Shown here: positions 21,289 through 30,933 of the stretch, one piece after another
How the letters are laid out: every line of letters begins with the position of its first letter
Position numbering within the stretch: position 1 is the first letter of the stretch
DNA from: a bacterium
GTDB taxonomy: Bacteria; Krumholzibacteriota; Krumholzibacteriia; LZORAL124-64-63
Direction of reading: 5' to 3'
NCBI GenBank assembly: GCA_031441465.1
Contig: JANOEP010000011.1
Span: forward strand, 32,001-96,000
Length of the DNA: 64,000 bases
Made by a program: the position numbers and the translations under genes
Notes under the pieces: model-generated
Told to the model about the DNA's origin: nothing
The model's input: only the letters and a program-made list of their open reading frames with translations
Databases searched by the model: none

Positions 21289-22119
21289 TCACTTCTGCAA
21301 CGCGAAGGCCGCGATGACGCTGGCGGTGTAGTCGGGCTCCTCGAGCATCACGAAATGGCCGACCCCGGGCATCGTCTTGAAGCTGATGGTGCGCGCCCCG
21401 GCGTAGCCGTAGGCGTCGAGGAACTCCTGGGCTCGGTTGGGGTCGGGCAGCAGCGAATCGCTGCCGATCACCAGGATCGGGATGTCCTGGCCGTTCAACT
21501 CGTCGGTCAGGTCGAAATCGAAGCTGTTCAGCAGGAGTTGGGTGAAGGTGATCTGCTCGGTGCGCAGGGCCTGGTCCACGACACGGGCGACGATCGTCTC
21601 GTCCTGGCTGAGCAGCCCGTAATAGTCGGCCAGGTACACGTCGTAGTTGAGGGACAGCTGGTCGGCGACCTGGATCTTCACCTCGCGCGTGGCCGATTGG
21701 CGCGGCGCGGCGTCGATCATCACCAGGCGCCGGACCTCCTGCGGGTGAGCGAAGGCGTAGGTCATGGCGACCATGCCGCCGAAGCCGTGGCCCACCAGCA
21801 CCGGGGTGTGGATGCCCTTCTCCAGCAGGAAGCGGCCGAGGTCGGCGGCCACCGTGGCGATGGTCGCATCCTTGATCGGCGGGGTGCGGCCGTGGCCGGG
21901 CATCTCGTAGGCCCAGACCCGGAACCCCAGCTGCAGGTGGGGCAGCACGTCCTCCCAGATCGACGCGTCGGAGCCGAGCCCGTGGATCAGGACCATGTCG
22001 CTGCCGACCGGGTTGAACGGCGAGTCCGCTCCGGCGGTGGCCATGCCGGATCCCATCGTACCGCAGACGATCAGGGCGACCAGCAGCGGCAACAGCGCGG
22101 TCAGGGTCGCACGCTTCAT
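21289..22119 (-). CDS. Secreted alpha/beta-fold protein (nucleophile Ser absent)
   Basis: Signal peptide, LIHGLG, PGHG, GHGFGG, GHFVMLE. Confidence 0.8.
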   Translation of the reverse strand: MKRATLTALLPLLVALIVCGTMGSGMATAGADSPFNPVGSDMVLIHGLGSDASIWEDVLPHLQLGFRVWAYEMPGHGRTPPIKDATIATVAADLGRFLLEKGIHTPVLVGHGFGGMVAMTYAFAHPQEVRRLVMIDAAPRQSATREVKIQVADQLSLNYDVYLADYYGLLSQDETIVARVVDQALRTEQITFTQLLLNSFDFDLTDELNGQDIPILVIGSDSLLPDPNRAQEFLDAYGYAGARTISFKTMPGVGHFVMLEEPDYTASVIAAFALQK

Positions 22120-22399
22120 GGGGGGCCTTTCACGGCTCGGGACAAGGAGGCGGGTCGTCGGCCGTTTCGTACAGATCGACGACGGACGCCACAACACCGC
22201 CGGCCTTCGCGTGTTCCCGCACCCGGGCCGGTGCCCGGGAGCAGCAGGAGGATCCTGGGGTACAAGCAAGGGCCGGAGCGGGCCGCGGTCAAGCGCCGGC
22301 AGCCGGTCGGGCGCCAGCACCCTGCTAGACACCCGCGTGTCCGCCGACTATCATGAGCCATCCGCGGCGGAGTGTGCCGACAGACCGGGAGCGAAGCTC

Positions 22400-24130
22400 A
22401 TGAAATCACGATGGTTCGTCACCGTCCTGCCGGCCGTCACGATGGCCGTCGTTAAGATGGCCGTCGTCACGCTGGCCGTCGTCATGATGACCGCCGTCAC
22501 CGTCAGCGCCCAACCGGCGCCGCCGGACTCCTCCGCCGCGCCCCCCCGTGCCGCCGTGAGCGACGCGGACAGGATCGCCGAGATCAACCGCCTCCTGGCG
22601 GAGAATCCCCGGAACGCCCAGCTCTACAACGAACTCGGTACGATCTACGCCGACCGCGAGAACTGGGTGGCCGCTCGCGACGCCATCATCGCCGCCATCC
22701 AGTCCGACCCCCGCGCTCCGGACAGCCACCGGAATCTGGGTCTGGTCCTGATCAAGCTCGGCGAGCTGGACATGGCCCTGACCGAATTCGAAGCCTACCG
22801 CAAGCTGTCCCCCGAAGGCGGCCTCGACGCGTGGAAACTGATCGCCGAGGCCCGGCGGCGCGCCGGCGACCCGGCGGGCGCGGCCGCGGCCTACGAGACC
22901 GGGATCGCGGCCTACGGCGGGGTCTTCAACTCCGGGTCCTACGACCTGATCATGGGCCGCCTCGTGCTGGCGGAGGCGTCACCGGACCAGGAGGCCGCCG
23001 GCGCCGTGCTGGACCGCTTCGCCGGTGCGGCCCGCGACCACCTCGCCACGACCGGATTCGTCCCGGCCGACCGGACCGGCCTGGCGGCGCGCGCCCTGCT
23101 GGACCGGGCGCTGCGGCGCAAGCTCGAAGCCGCCCAGACCGCCGTCGACGCCGGCCGTCACGCCGAGGCGGCGGTCCTCTACGAAGCGGCGCTGGCGCTC
23201 GATCCCACCCGCCAGGATCTGCTGCCCCGCGCGGCCGGCGCCTGGTTCGACTCCGGCGACGCGCTGAAGTCGAAGGTGATGGCCCGCCGTGCGACCCAGG
23301 AGCACCCCGAGCGTCCGGACGGCTGGCTGGCCGTGGGCCGCATCGCCGAAGCGGAGAACCGGCCCCAGGACGCCATCACCGCCTACACGAACGCCTGGAA
23401 TCTGGACAACTCGCAGCAACCCGTCGCGGCGAAGATCGGCACCCTCTACCTGCGAATGGGCGACAACGAAAGCGCCCGCAAGTTCGTGGGCGCGGTCGTC
23501 TCAGATCCCGAGACGACGGCGGAGATCCTCTTCCTCTACGGGTGCAGCCTGCAGCGGACCAACGATCACAAACTCGCGGTGCCCCCGCTGACCAGGGCGG
23601 TGGAGAAGGATCCCGGCCTGGTCGCGGCCTGGAAGGCCCTGGCGGTGTCCCTGCAGCAGCTCGAGCGCTGGCGCGAGGCGGCCGACGCCTACCGGCACGC
23701 CCTGGAGTCCGAGCAGGACGCCAAGCTGGCCTTCCAGCTCGGCGCCTGTCTGGTGAAGGACAACCGTCCCGAAGAGGCGATCGACGCCTACTGGCTGGCC
23801 CTGGACCTGGATCCCACCTACACCAAAGCCTGGTCGAACCTGGGTGTGATCCAGTTGCAGCTCAAGGACTACGCCAACGCCTTGATCACCTTCCGCACGC
23901 TGGCGACCCAGGGCGAGGATGTCTACCGCGCTCGACTGAACGAGGGCGTCTGCCTGTCCCAGCTCGGGCGGTTCGAAGAGGCCATGACGGCCTACGAGCA
24001 GGCTCTGGCACAGCAGGAAACGTCGGCCGTCTGGGACGCCATGGGCTACGTGTTCGACCAGCTGGGCGACAAGCCGAGCGCCGCGTCCTGCCTGGAGAAA
24101 GGCAAGCGCCTGAAGGCCGAGGGCAAGTGA
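22400..24130 (+). CDS. Tetratricopeptide repeat protein, exported
   Basis: Signal peptide (contains 15-nt near-tandem repeats) and many TPR units (AWSNLG, ALDLDP). Confidence 0.85.
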   Translation: MKSRWFVTVLPAVTMAVVKMAVVTLAVVMMTAVTVSAQPAPPDSSAAPPRAAVSDADRIAEINRLLAENPRNAQLYNELGTIYADRENWVAARDAIIAAIQSDPRAPDSHRNLGLVLIKLGELDMALTEFEAYRKLSPEGGLDAWKLIAEARRRAGDPAGAAAAYETGIAAYGGVFNSGSYDLIMGRLVLAEASPDQEAAGAVLDRFAGAARDHLATTGFVPADRTGLAARALLDRALRRKLEAAQTAVDAGRHAEAAVLYEAALALDPTRQDLLPRAAGAWFDSGDALKSKVMARRATQEHPERPDGWLAVGRIAEAENRPQDAITAYTNAWNLDNSQQPVAAKIGTLYLRMGDNESARKFVGAVVSDPETTAEILFLYGCSLQRTNDHKLAVPPLTRAVEKDPGLVAAWKALAVSLQQLERWREAADAYRHALESEQDAKLAFQLGACLVKDNRPEEAIDAYWLALDLDPTYTKAWSNLGVIQLQLKDYANALITFRTLATQGEDVYRARLNEGVCLSQLGRFEEAMTAYEQALAQQETSAVWDAMGYVFDQLGDKPSAASCLEKGKRLKAEGK

Positions 24131-25197
24131 CGATCCGCGGCGTAGCAACCTGCCTGTGGGGCGCCGCCGCCGTCGCGGGGCTCCTGGCCCTCGGCGGTTG
24201 CGCCGCCGGCTTGCCGCCGGTGGACGCGGGTTACCCACGCTTCACTCCCGAGCAGTTGCGCGCCGACGGTTACCCCGACTCGCACCACGTGGTCGACCGC
24301 GCGGGCTGGATGCCCCGCCGCGATGCGACGGGACGGCCCTTCGGTCCTGGGACCGTCTGCAGCGGCCCCGTCTGGTTGGACCGGCCCGACGCCGTCAAGA
24401 GCGGGGGCCGCCTGTCCCTGGGACCGTTCACCGTGGATTTCGACCCCGAGTACGACCCTTGCCAGATCGCCCCGTTGCTGGAGTATTGCGAAGCCGCCCT
24501 GGTCGACGTCGGCGGCCTGCTGGGCCTCGCGCCCGGCGACAGCCTGCCGATCCTCAACCCCGACAACCTCGACGACTACCTCCAGCTCACGGGACAGGGA
24601 CCCTGGCGCATGATGAGCTACCGGCACGGCGCCTGCACCGTCCAGCCGGTGCCGGTGCTGATCGCGCGCACGCTCCTGCCCCACGCCGCCTACGAACTGG
24701 TGGCGCGCTGGCTCCTGGACGCCAACGGCGGCGGCGCGCTGCCGACCTGGCTGCGCGAAGGCCTCGCGGTCTACGCCGCCGACCTCGGCGTCCACCTGAA
24801 CAACTACATGGAGCAGTACCGACCGGACGGCCCGCCCCTGCTCTCGCCGGGCGACGCCGCGGCGTTGCTCGATGCCGCGCCCCTACCCGATCCGGAGCTG
24901 GACCGCCAGATGCACCGTCGCGCCCACTACTCCGCGTTCGTCATGGTCTGGCGGCTGGTCGAGGACCACGGCGGACCGACCCGCCTGCGGACCTTCCTCG
25001 CGGCCGTCCGCGACGGCGTCGCGCCCGACGCCGCCTGCCGCGCCTCGTATGGCCTCGACCTGGCGGCGCTGGCCGCGCAGCTCGACGCCTCGCAGGGGCC
25101 GGAGCCTCTCGGCGACGCCGTGCAGTCGCGCAGCCCCCACTTGCCCGCTGCGGCCCGTGACGGTGCCGCGCCCGAGGAACGGACCAGCCATGAGTGA
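24127..25197 (+). CDS. Putative lipoprotein with degenerate peptidase-MA-like domain
   Basis: LGGC lipobox; PTWLREGLA motif; GTGA overlap. Confidence 0.6.
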   Translation: MTIRGVATCLWGAAAVAGLLALGGCAAGLPPVDAGYPRFTPEQLRADGYPDSHHVVDRAGWMPRRDATGRPFGPGTVCSGPVWLDRPDAVKSGGRLSLGPFTVDFDPEYDPCQIAPLLEYCEAALVDVGGLLGLAPGDSLPILNPDNLDDYLQLTGQGPWRMMSYRHGACTVQPVPVLIARTLLPHAAYELVARWLLDANGGGALPTWLREGLAVYAADLGVHLNNYMEQYRPDGPPLLSPGDAAALLDAAPLPDPELDRQMHRRAHYSAFVMVWRLVEDHGGPTRLRTFLAAVRDGVAPDAACRASYGLDLAALAAQLDASQGPEPLGDAVQSRSPHLPAAARDGAAPEERTSHE

Positions 25198-26671
25198 ACC
25201 GTCCGCCATCCGCCTGCGTTTCGCCCCCAGCCCCACGGGCTACCTCCACGTGGGCGGGGCGCGCACCGCCCTGTTCAACTGGCTCCACGCCCGCAAGACC
25301 GGCGGCGCCTTCATCCTGCGCATCGAGGACACCGACCAGGAACGCAGCACCGACGCCGCCTACCAGGCCATCCTGCGCAGCATGGAGTGGCTGGGCCTCG
25401 ACTGGGACGAGGGCCCCGGCGTCGGCGGCCCCTGCGGTCCCTACCTGCAGTCCGAGCGGCTGGACGTCTACCAGCAGCAGGCCGCGGCGCTGCGCGGCAG
25501 CGGCCGCCTTTACCGGTGCTACTGCACCGGCGAGGAGATCGCGGCCCGCAACGTGGCGCGCGGCGAGAACGAGACCGCCGGTTACGACGGCCACTGCCGC
25601 GAACTCACCGCGCCGCAGGTCGCGGCCTTCACCGCCGCCGGCCGCGCGCCGAGCTGGCGCCTGCGCACCCCGGACGAGGGGGAGACCTTCTGGTACGACC
25701 TCGTCTACGAGAAGCGCGAGTTCCGCAACGACCTGATCACCGACCGCGTCGTGCTGAAGCAGGACGGCTTCCCCACCTACAACTTCGCGGTCGTGGTCGA
25801 CGACCATCTCATGCGCATCAGCCACGTGCTGCGCGGCGACGACCACGTCAGCAACACGCCCTTCCAGTTGCAGATCTACGACGCGCTGGGCTGGGAGCGG
25901 CCCAAGTTCGGGCACATGCCGATGATCCTGGGCCCGGACCGCAAGCGCCTCAGCAAGCGTCACGGCGCCACCAGCGTCGAGGAGTTCCGCGACCAGGGCA
26001 TCCTGCCCGACGCGATGATCAACTACCTGGCGTTGCTGGGCTGGTCGCCCGGCGCCTCGGGCGACGAGGTGTTCACGCGCGACGGGCTGGTCAAGGCGTT
26101 CAGCCTCAAGCGCGTCAACAGCTCGCCGGCGGCTTTCGACTACGACAAGCTGACCCACATCAACGCCCAGCACCTCAAGCGGCTCGGGCCGGACGACCGG
26201 CTCGCCCTCGCCGAGCCCATGCTCGACGCGCGCGGCTGGGCCCTGGACCCGGCCTGGCGCGCGCCCGCGGCCGACACGCGCGCCTACTTGACGCTGGTGC
26301 TCGCCATGCTCGGCGGCCGCTTCAGCGACCTGCGGCGCATTCCCGAGCAGGTCGGCTTCTTCTTCACCGACGACTTCCCGGTCGACCCCGAGGCGGCCGC
26401 GAACCTGACGGGGGAGGAGGTGCCCGGCCGGCTGCGGGCTCTGGCCGACCGGCTGGAGGCCGCGCTGCCGCCGCAGGACCCGGCGTCCCAGGACGTGTAC
26501 GAGTCCGCGGTCCGCGGTCTCGCCGCCGACCTCTGCCTGGAAGCCGGCGACCTGATCCACCCCTGCCGGGTGGCCCTGACCGGCCTGACGCGCAGCGCGG
26601 GGATGTTCGAAGTCATGTGGCTGATCGGCGGGCCGCGCACCGTCGCCCGGCTGCGCCGTGCGGCCGGCTAG
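25190..26671 (+). CDS. gltX: Glutamate--tRNA ligase
   Basis: RFAPSPTGYLHVGG, RIEDTD, RLSKR, anticodon-binding C-terminus. Confidence 0.96.
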   Translation: MSEPSAIRLRFAPSPTGYLHVGGARTALFNWLHARKTGGAFILRIEDTDQERSTDAAYQAILRSMEWLGLDWDEGPGVGGPCGPYLQSERLDVYQQQAAALRGSGRLYRCYCTGEEIAARNVARGENETAGYDGHCRELTAPQVAAFTAAGRAPSWRLRTPDEGETFWYDLVYEKREFRNDLITDRVVLKQDGFPTYNFAVVVDDHLMRISHVLRGDDHVSNTPFQLQIYDALGWERPKFGHMPMILGPDRKRLSKRHGATSVEEFRDQGILPDAMINYLALLGWSPGASGDEVFTRDGLVKAFSLKRVNSSPAAFDYDKLTHINAQHLKRLGPDDRLALAEPMLDARGWALDPAWRAPAADTRAYLTLVLAMLGGRFSDLRRIPEQVGFFFTDDFPVDPEAAANLTGEEVPGRLRALADRLEAALPPQDPASQDVYESAVRGLAADLCLEAGDLIHPCRVALTGLTRSAGMFEVMWLIGGPRTVARLRRAAG

Positions 26672-26702
26672 CGCTCCCGACCAGCGTGGAGGGAGGCGTC
26701 CG

Positions 26703-28745
26703 CTGTACCTGCGAATCCTGGCCCGCTACCTGATCGTGTGGGGCGTCTCGGCGGCTTCGCTGGCGCTCGTCGCGCTGCTGTTGCCGGGGATCTGGATCGA
26801 CACGGGTGTGCGCTGGTGGTGGTTGACCGCGGCGATGCTGCCGGTGGAGTTCGGTCTGCTGCTGCTGCTGCTGCGCCCCCTGCTCGTGCTGGCGACCCTG
26901 CCCTTGAACGCGGCCACCCTCGGCCTGCCGACCCTGCTGTTCAACGGTTTGATCCTCTACCTGACGGCCTTGACCTCGCGCGTCGTGAACATCGGCAACC
27001 TCGGCGACGCCTTCCTGGGTCTGGTGGTGATGACCGTGGTGAACGGTGCGGTCACCGGCTGGCTGGGGATCGACGACGTCTACCCGTTCTTCCAGACGAT
27101 CCTGCGCCGGGTCGGCCGCCGCTACGGGCCGCGGGCCCGGCCCGGTCAGGTGCGCGGGTTGCTGATCCTGCAGGTGGACGGGCTGTCGTGGCGCAGTTGC
27201 CGGCGCGCCCTGCGACGCGGCCGCATGCCGACGGTCGCCGCGCTGCGCGCGCTCGGGACGCACCGTCTGCACCGCTGGCACTGCGGCGTGCCCTCCAACA
27301 CGCCGGCCGTGCAGAGCGGCATGTTCTACGGCACGCGGACCCGGCTGCCCGGCTACCGCTGGTACGACCGCCGCCACCGCCGCGTGATGGTCGCCAGCCG
27401 CGCCGAGGACCTGCGCGCGGCCGAGGCCGAGTTCGACTGTGGCGCCGGCCTGCTCGCGGGCGGCTCCTGCATCAACAGCATGATGTCGGGCGGCGCCGCC
27501 AAGCGTCTGATGACCCTCAGCGCGTTGCGTGAGTCGAACGATCACCGCCGGCCCGGCGAGCGCGCCGACTTCTCGCTCTTCTGGCTCAGCCCCTACGCCT
27601 ACACCAGCGCCGTGACGGCCACGCTCTGGGACTTCCTGACGGCTTGTTTCTGGAACGTCCAATCCGGCTACCACCCGCGCAAGCGCGCCGTCCGCCGCAG
27701 CCTCCGCCAGGCCGCGATGCGGGCCGTCGGCAACGCGTTCCTGCGCGAGACGTCCTTCTTCTGGCTGGCGCAGGACGTGGTGCGGGGCGTGCCGGTGATC
27801 TACTCGAACTTCGTCGGCTACGACGAAGTCGCCCACCACGCCGGACCCGACGACGGCGAAGCCCTGGCGACGTTGACCGGCTTCGACCGCAAGCTGCAGA
27901 AGCTGCGCCGTCTGCTGCGCGACGCCGCCCCCATCGGCTACGACGTGGTCGTGCTGGCCGATCACGGGCAGAGCGCGTCGCTGCCCCTGCGCGCGTTCTG
28001 CGGCGAGACCCTCGAGGCGCTGGTCGCGCGCCTCGCCGGCCGCGTCCGGCCCGTGCTGCCGCCCCGGGACAGCGAGGCCGCCTACCTGGGCGCCCTGCTG
28101 GCGGAACTGCGTGACCAGGGACAGGACCGCCGGTCATGGCTGGCGTTCCAGAGCCGGATCACGCTCGAGCGCCTGCGGGACGACGAGCCCGATCACGACG
28201 CCGGCGCCGGTGAGGAGACGTCCCTGGTCGTGTGCGTTTCGGGCGGGCTCGCCCACATCTATCGCGAGGGCGCGCACCGCCCGCTGCGGCTGGCCGAGGT
28301 GTCCTCGCTCTACCCCGGACTGGTGGAAGGTCTCGCGAGCCACGCGGGCATCGGCTTCGTGCTGGCCCGCGATGACGACGGCGCGGCCTTGATGATCGGC
28401 CGCGACGGCGTGCGCAATCTCGACACCGGGGAGTTGCGGGGCGAGTCCGACCCCCTGGCCCCCTACTGGGACGAGCGGCTCTGGGCCGGCGAACTCTCGG
28501 CCCTGTTGTCCCACGCCCACGCCGGGGACCTGATCGTCAACGGGGCCCTGCTGCCGGACCGCCGGGTCGTGGTCTTCGAGGAACAGCTGGGCAGCCATGG
28601 CGGCCTCGGCGGTCCCCAGACCGAGCCGTTCATCCTGCTGCCGACCTCCTGGCACACCCGCCGCGACGACCTGCGCTCCCCCGAAGCCCTGCATGCCCAC
28701 CTGAAGGCGCAGCTGGAGGGCGGGCCCGCCCCCGCGGCGCCCTGA
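26703..28745 (+). CDS. Holin-like 4-TM domain fused to an alkaline-phosphatase-family domain
   Basis: TLPLNAATLGL..NGL membrane motif; QVDGLS, YDEVAHH, ADHGQ, GSHGGLGG; probable CTG start after GGAGG. Confidence 0.8.
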   Translation: MYLRILARYLIVWGVSAASLALVALLLPGIWIDTGVRWWWLTAAMLPVEFGLLLLLLRPLLVLATLPLNAATLGLPTLLFNGLILYLTALTSRVVNIGNLGDAFLGLVVMTVVNGAVTGWLGIDDVYPFFQTILRRVGRRYGPRARPGQVRGLLILQVDGLSWRSCRRALRRGRMPTVAALRALGTHRLHRWHCGVPSNTPAVQSGMFYGTRTRLPGYRWYDRRHRRVMVASRAEDLRAAEAEFDCGAGLLAGGSCINSMMSGGAAKRLMTLSALRESNDHRRPGERADFSLFWLSPYAYTSAVTATLWDFLTACFWNVQSGYHPRKRAVRRSLRQAAMRAVGNAFLRETSFFWLAQDVVRGVPVIYSNFVGYDEVAHHAGPDDGEALATLTGFDRKLQKLRRLLRDAAPIGYDVVVLADHGQSASLPLRAFCGETLEALVARLAGRVRPVLPPRDSEAAYLGALLAELRDQGQDRRSWLAFQSRITLERLRDDEPDHDAGAGEETSLVVCVSGGLAHIYREGAHRPLRLAEVSSLYPGLVEGLASHAGIGFVLARDDDGAALMIGRDGVRNLDTGELRGESDPLAPYWDERLWAGELSALLSHAHAGDLIVNGALLPDRRVVVFEEQLGSHGGLGGPQTEPFILLPTSWHTRRDDLRSPEALHAHLKAQLEGGPAPAAP

Positions 28746-28816
28746 AAGCGGCAGCGGCATGGTTCCGCCGCCGCAGGGGGGGAAGAAATGATCCGGGGGA
28801 GGGGTTTGCTCGAATC

Positions 28817-28845
28817 TTGCGTTCCGGGTGGCCGTATTCTATATT
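28817..28845 (+). promoter_or_regulatory. Sigma70 promoter for the tRNA pair
   Basis: TTGCGT-N17-TATATT. Confidence 0.65.
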
Positions 28846-28857
28846 CCTGCCCGTTGC

Positions 28858-28931
28858 TGCCCGGTCGTTCAATGGTAGGACTGCTGACTCTGGCTCAGTA
28901 TATGGGGGTTCGAATCCTCCCCGGGCAACCA
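28858..28931 (+). tRNA. tRNA-Gln(CTG)
   Basis: TGCCCGG acceptor stem, anticodon loop CTCTGGC, GGTTCGAATCC, CCA end. Confidence 0.93.
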
Positions 28932-28971
28932 TGGAATACGACGACGGCCCCAGGGCTGTCGGCAGGATCGT

Positions 28972-29047
28972 GCCCCCTTCGTCTAGTGGCCTAGGACGCC
29001 GCCCTCTCACGGCGGTAACACGGGTTCGAGTCCCGTAGGGGGTACCA
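28972..29047 (+). tRNA. tRNA-Glu(CTC)
   Basis: GCCCCCT acceptor stem, anticodon loop CTCTCAC, GGTTCGAGTCC, CCA end. Confidence 0.95.
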
Positions 29048-29056
29048 TAGCGACGG

Positions 29057-29087
29057 CGAGCCGCCCCAGGGGCGGCTCGTTTTCTTT
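29057..29087 (+). terminator. Intrinsic terminator after the tRNAs
   Basis: CGAGCCGCCC-CAG-GGGCGGCTCG followed by TTTTCTTT. Confidence 0.85.
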
Positions 29088-29231
29088 GCTACCGCCTCGC
29101 GCCGGGCCTCCCTTGCGGGTCGCCGGGAATGCCGCTAGCTTCTGTCCGCGTTTTGGCACGGGCAGTTCATCGTACGACCGCGATCCCGCCACCCCTGACC
29201 GCCGGATCGCCCAGACCACACAGGAGGCTCC

Positions 29232-29825
29232 ATGTCCCAGTTCATCGGCCAGCAGGCTCCCGACTTCGCCGCCACCGCCGTCATGCCCGACAACAGCGTC
29301 AAGGACGGCTTCAAGCTCAGCGACTACCGCGGCAAGTACGTGGTGCTGTTCTTCTACCCGCTGGACTTCACCTTCGTGTGCCCGACCGAGATCATCGAGT
29401 TCAACCGCAAGCTCAAGGAGTTCGCGGCGCGCGACGCGCAGGTCATCGGCGTGTCCATCGACAGCCAGTTCAGCCACGTCGCGTGGAAGGAGAAGCCGGT
29501 CGAGCAGGGGGGCATCGGCATGATCCAGTACCCGCTGGTCGCCGACCTCACCAAGCAGATCAGCCGCGACTACGGCGTCCTGCTTGAAGACAAGATCGCG
29601 CTGCGCGGCACCTTCCTGATCGACAAGAACGGCGTGATCCAGCACCTGGTGGTCAACAACCTCGGTCTCGGCCGCAACATCGACGAGGTCCTGCGCATGG
29701 TCGACGCGCTGCAGCACCTCGAGAAGCACGGCGAGGTCTGCCCCGCGGGCTGGCACAAGGGCGAGGACGCCATGAGCCCCACCGCGAAGGGCGTCGCCAC
29801 CTACCTGGCGAAGCACGGCAAGTAG
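29232..29825 (+). CDS. ahpC: 2-Cys peroxiredoxin (AhpC/TSA)
   Basis: FYPLDFTFVCPTE and EVCPAGW. Confidence 0.93.
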   Translation: MSQFIGQQAPDFAATAVMPDNSVKDGFKLSDYRGKYVVLFFYPLDFTFVCPTEIIEFNRKLKEFAARDAQVIGVSIDSQFSHVAWKEKPVEQGGIGMIQYPLVADLTKQISRDYGVLLEDKIALRGTFLIDKNGVIQHLVVNNLGLGRNIDEVLRMVDALQHLEKHGEVCPAGWHKGEDAMSPTAKGVATYLAKHGK

Positions 29826-29828
29826 CCC

Positions 29829-30770
29829 TTGCCGCCGGCGCGCGACACGCCCGACGGGGTCGGAGGCCGCGCTTCCGACCCCGTTGCGCGTCCGCGGCGG
29901 GCCCTGCTGATCTTCGTCGACGGCCTGGGCTGGGGCGGCGGCGATCCCGCCGTCGACCCCTGCCGCGGCTACGGCGGCACCCTCTTCGACTTCGCCCACA
30001 CCGACGCCGGATGCCGGCCAATCGACGCCTGTCTGGGCGTCGACGGCCTGCCCCAGAGCGCCACCGGCCAGACCACGCTGCTGTGCGGCGTCAACGCCCA
30101 GGCGGCCGTGGGCCGGCACGTGCCGGGCTTCCCCACGGCGCCGCTGCGCGACATCCTGCGCGAGAAGTCGATCTTCGTGCAGTTGCGTGATTCCGGCCGC
30201 GACGGCAGCTTCTTGAATGCCTTCCGTCCGCTCTTCTTCCGCCTGCCGCGCGCGATGCAGGGAAGGCTCTCGGCCACGACGGTCGCCCACCTCGCTGCGG
30301 ACCGGCCCTTCTTCGGTCTGGATGACCTGCGCGCTGGCCGCGCCGTCTACCAGGAGTTCACCAACCGTGAACTGATCGGCAAGGGCTTCGACGTGCCGGA
30401 GTTCACGCCGGAGCAGGCCGGCCGCATCCTGGGCCGCGAAACGCTGCGGCGCGACTTCACCCTCTACGAGTACTTCCAGACCGACCGCGCCGGCCACGCC
30501 CGTGATCGCCCGCGCGCCCACGCCGTCCTGCAAGACCTGGAGACCTTCGTGCGCGCCGCCCTCTCCGAAATCACGGCGCAAGGCTCCAACTCCCAAACCC
30601 TCGTCCTGCTCACCAGCGACCACGGCAACCTCGAAGACCTCTCCACCCGTTCCCACACCCGCAACCCGGTCCCCCTGCTCGCCTGGGGCCCCGGCGCCGC
30701 CGCCCTGCTCGCCCGCTGCACCCGCCTCGACGAAGTCACCCCCGCCCTGCTCTGCCTTCTGCTGAATTGA
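29829..30770 (+). CDS. Metalloenzyme of the alkaline phosphatase/phosphoglycerate mutase superfamily
   Basis: FVDGLG, PQSATGQT, DRAGH, TSDHGN, HTRNPVP. Confidence 0.8.
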   Translation: MPPARDTPDGVGGRASDPVARPRRALLIFVDGLGWGGGDPAVDPCRGYGGTLFDFAHTDAGCRPIDACLGVDGLPQSATGQTTLLCGVNAQAAVGRHVPGFPTAPLRDILREKSIFVQLRDSGRDGSFLNAFRPLFFRLPRAMQGRLSATTVAHLAADRPFFGLDDLRAGRAVYQEFTNRELIGKGFDVPEFTPEQAGRILGRETLRRDFTLYEYFQTDRAGHARDRPRAHAVLQDLETFVRAALSEITAQGSNSQTLVLLTSDHGNLEDLSTRSHTRNPVPLLAWGPGAAALLARCTRLDEVTPALLCLLLN

Positions 30771-30933
30771 GAGGGGTTTCTATCCCGAGGGACGCTCCCC
30801 TTGGTTCCCACCTCGGAGAGACATACAGAGGCCCCGCGCTGCGATTTCCTTCCAGGCATGAGCAGCGCGGGGCCTCTGTATGTCTCTCCGAGGTGCCGAA
30901 CTAGGGGAGCCGTCCCTCGAGATAGAACACCTC
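30771..30933. repeat. Long inverted repeat between convergent genes
   Basis: 34-bp perfect arms (30809-30842/30862-30895), 19-nt loop, imperfect extension of about 38 bp each side. Confidence 0.9.
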
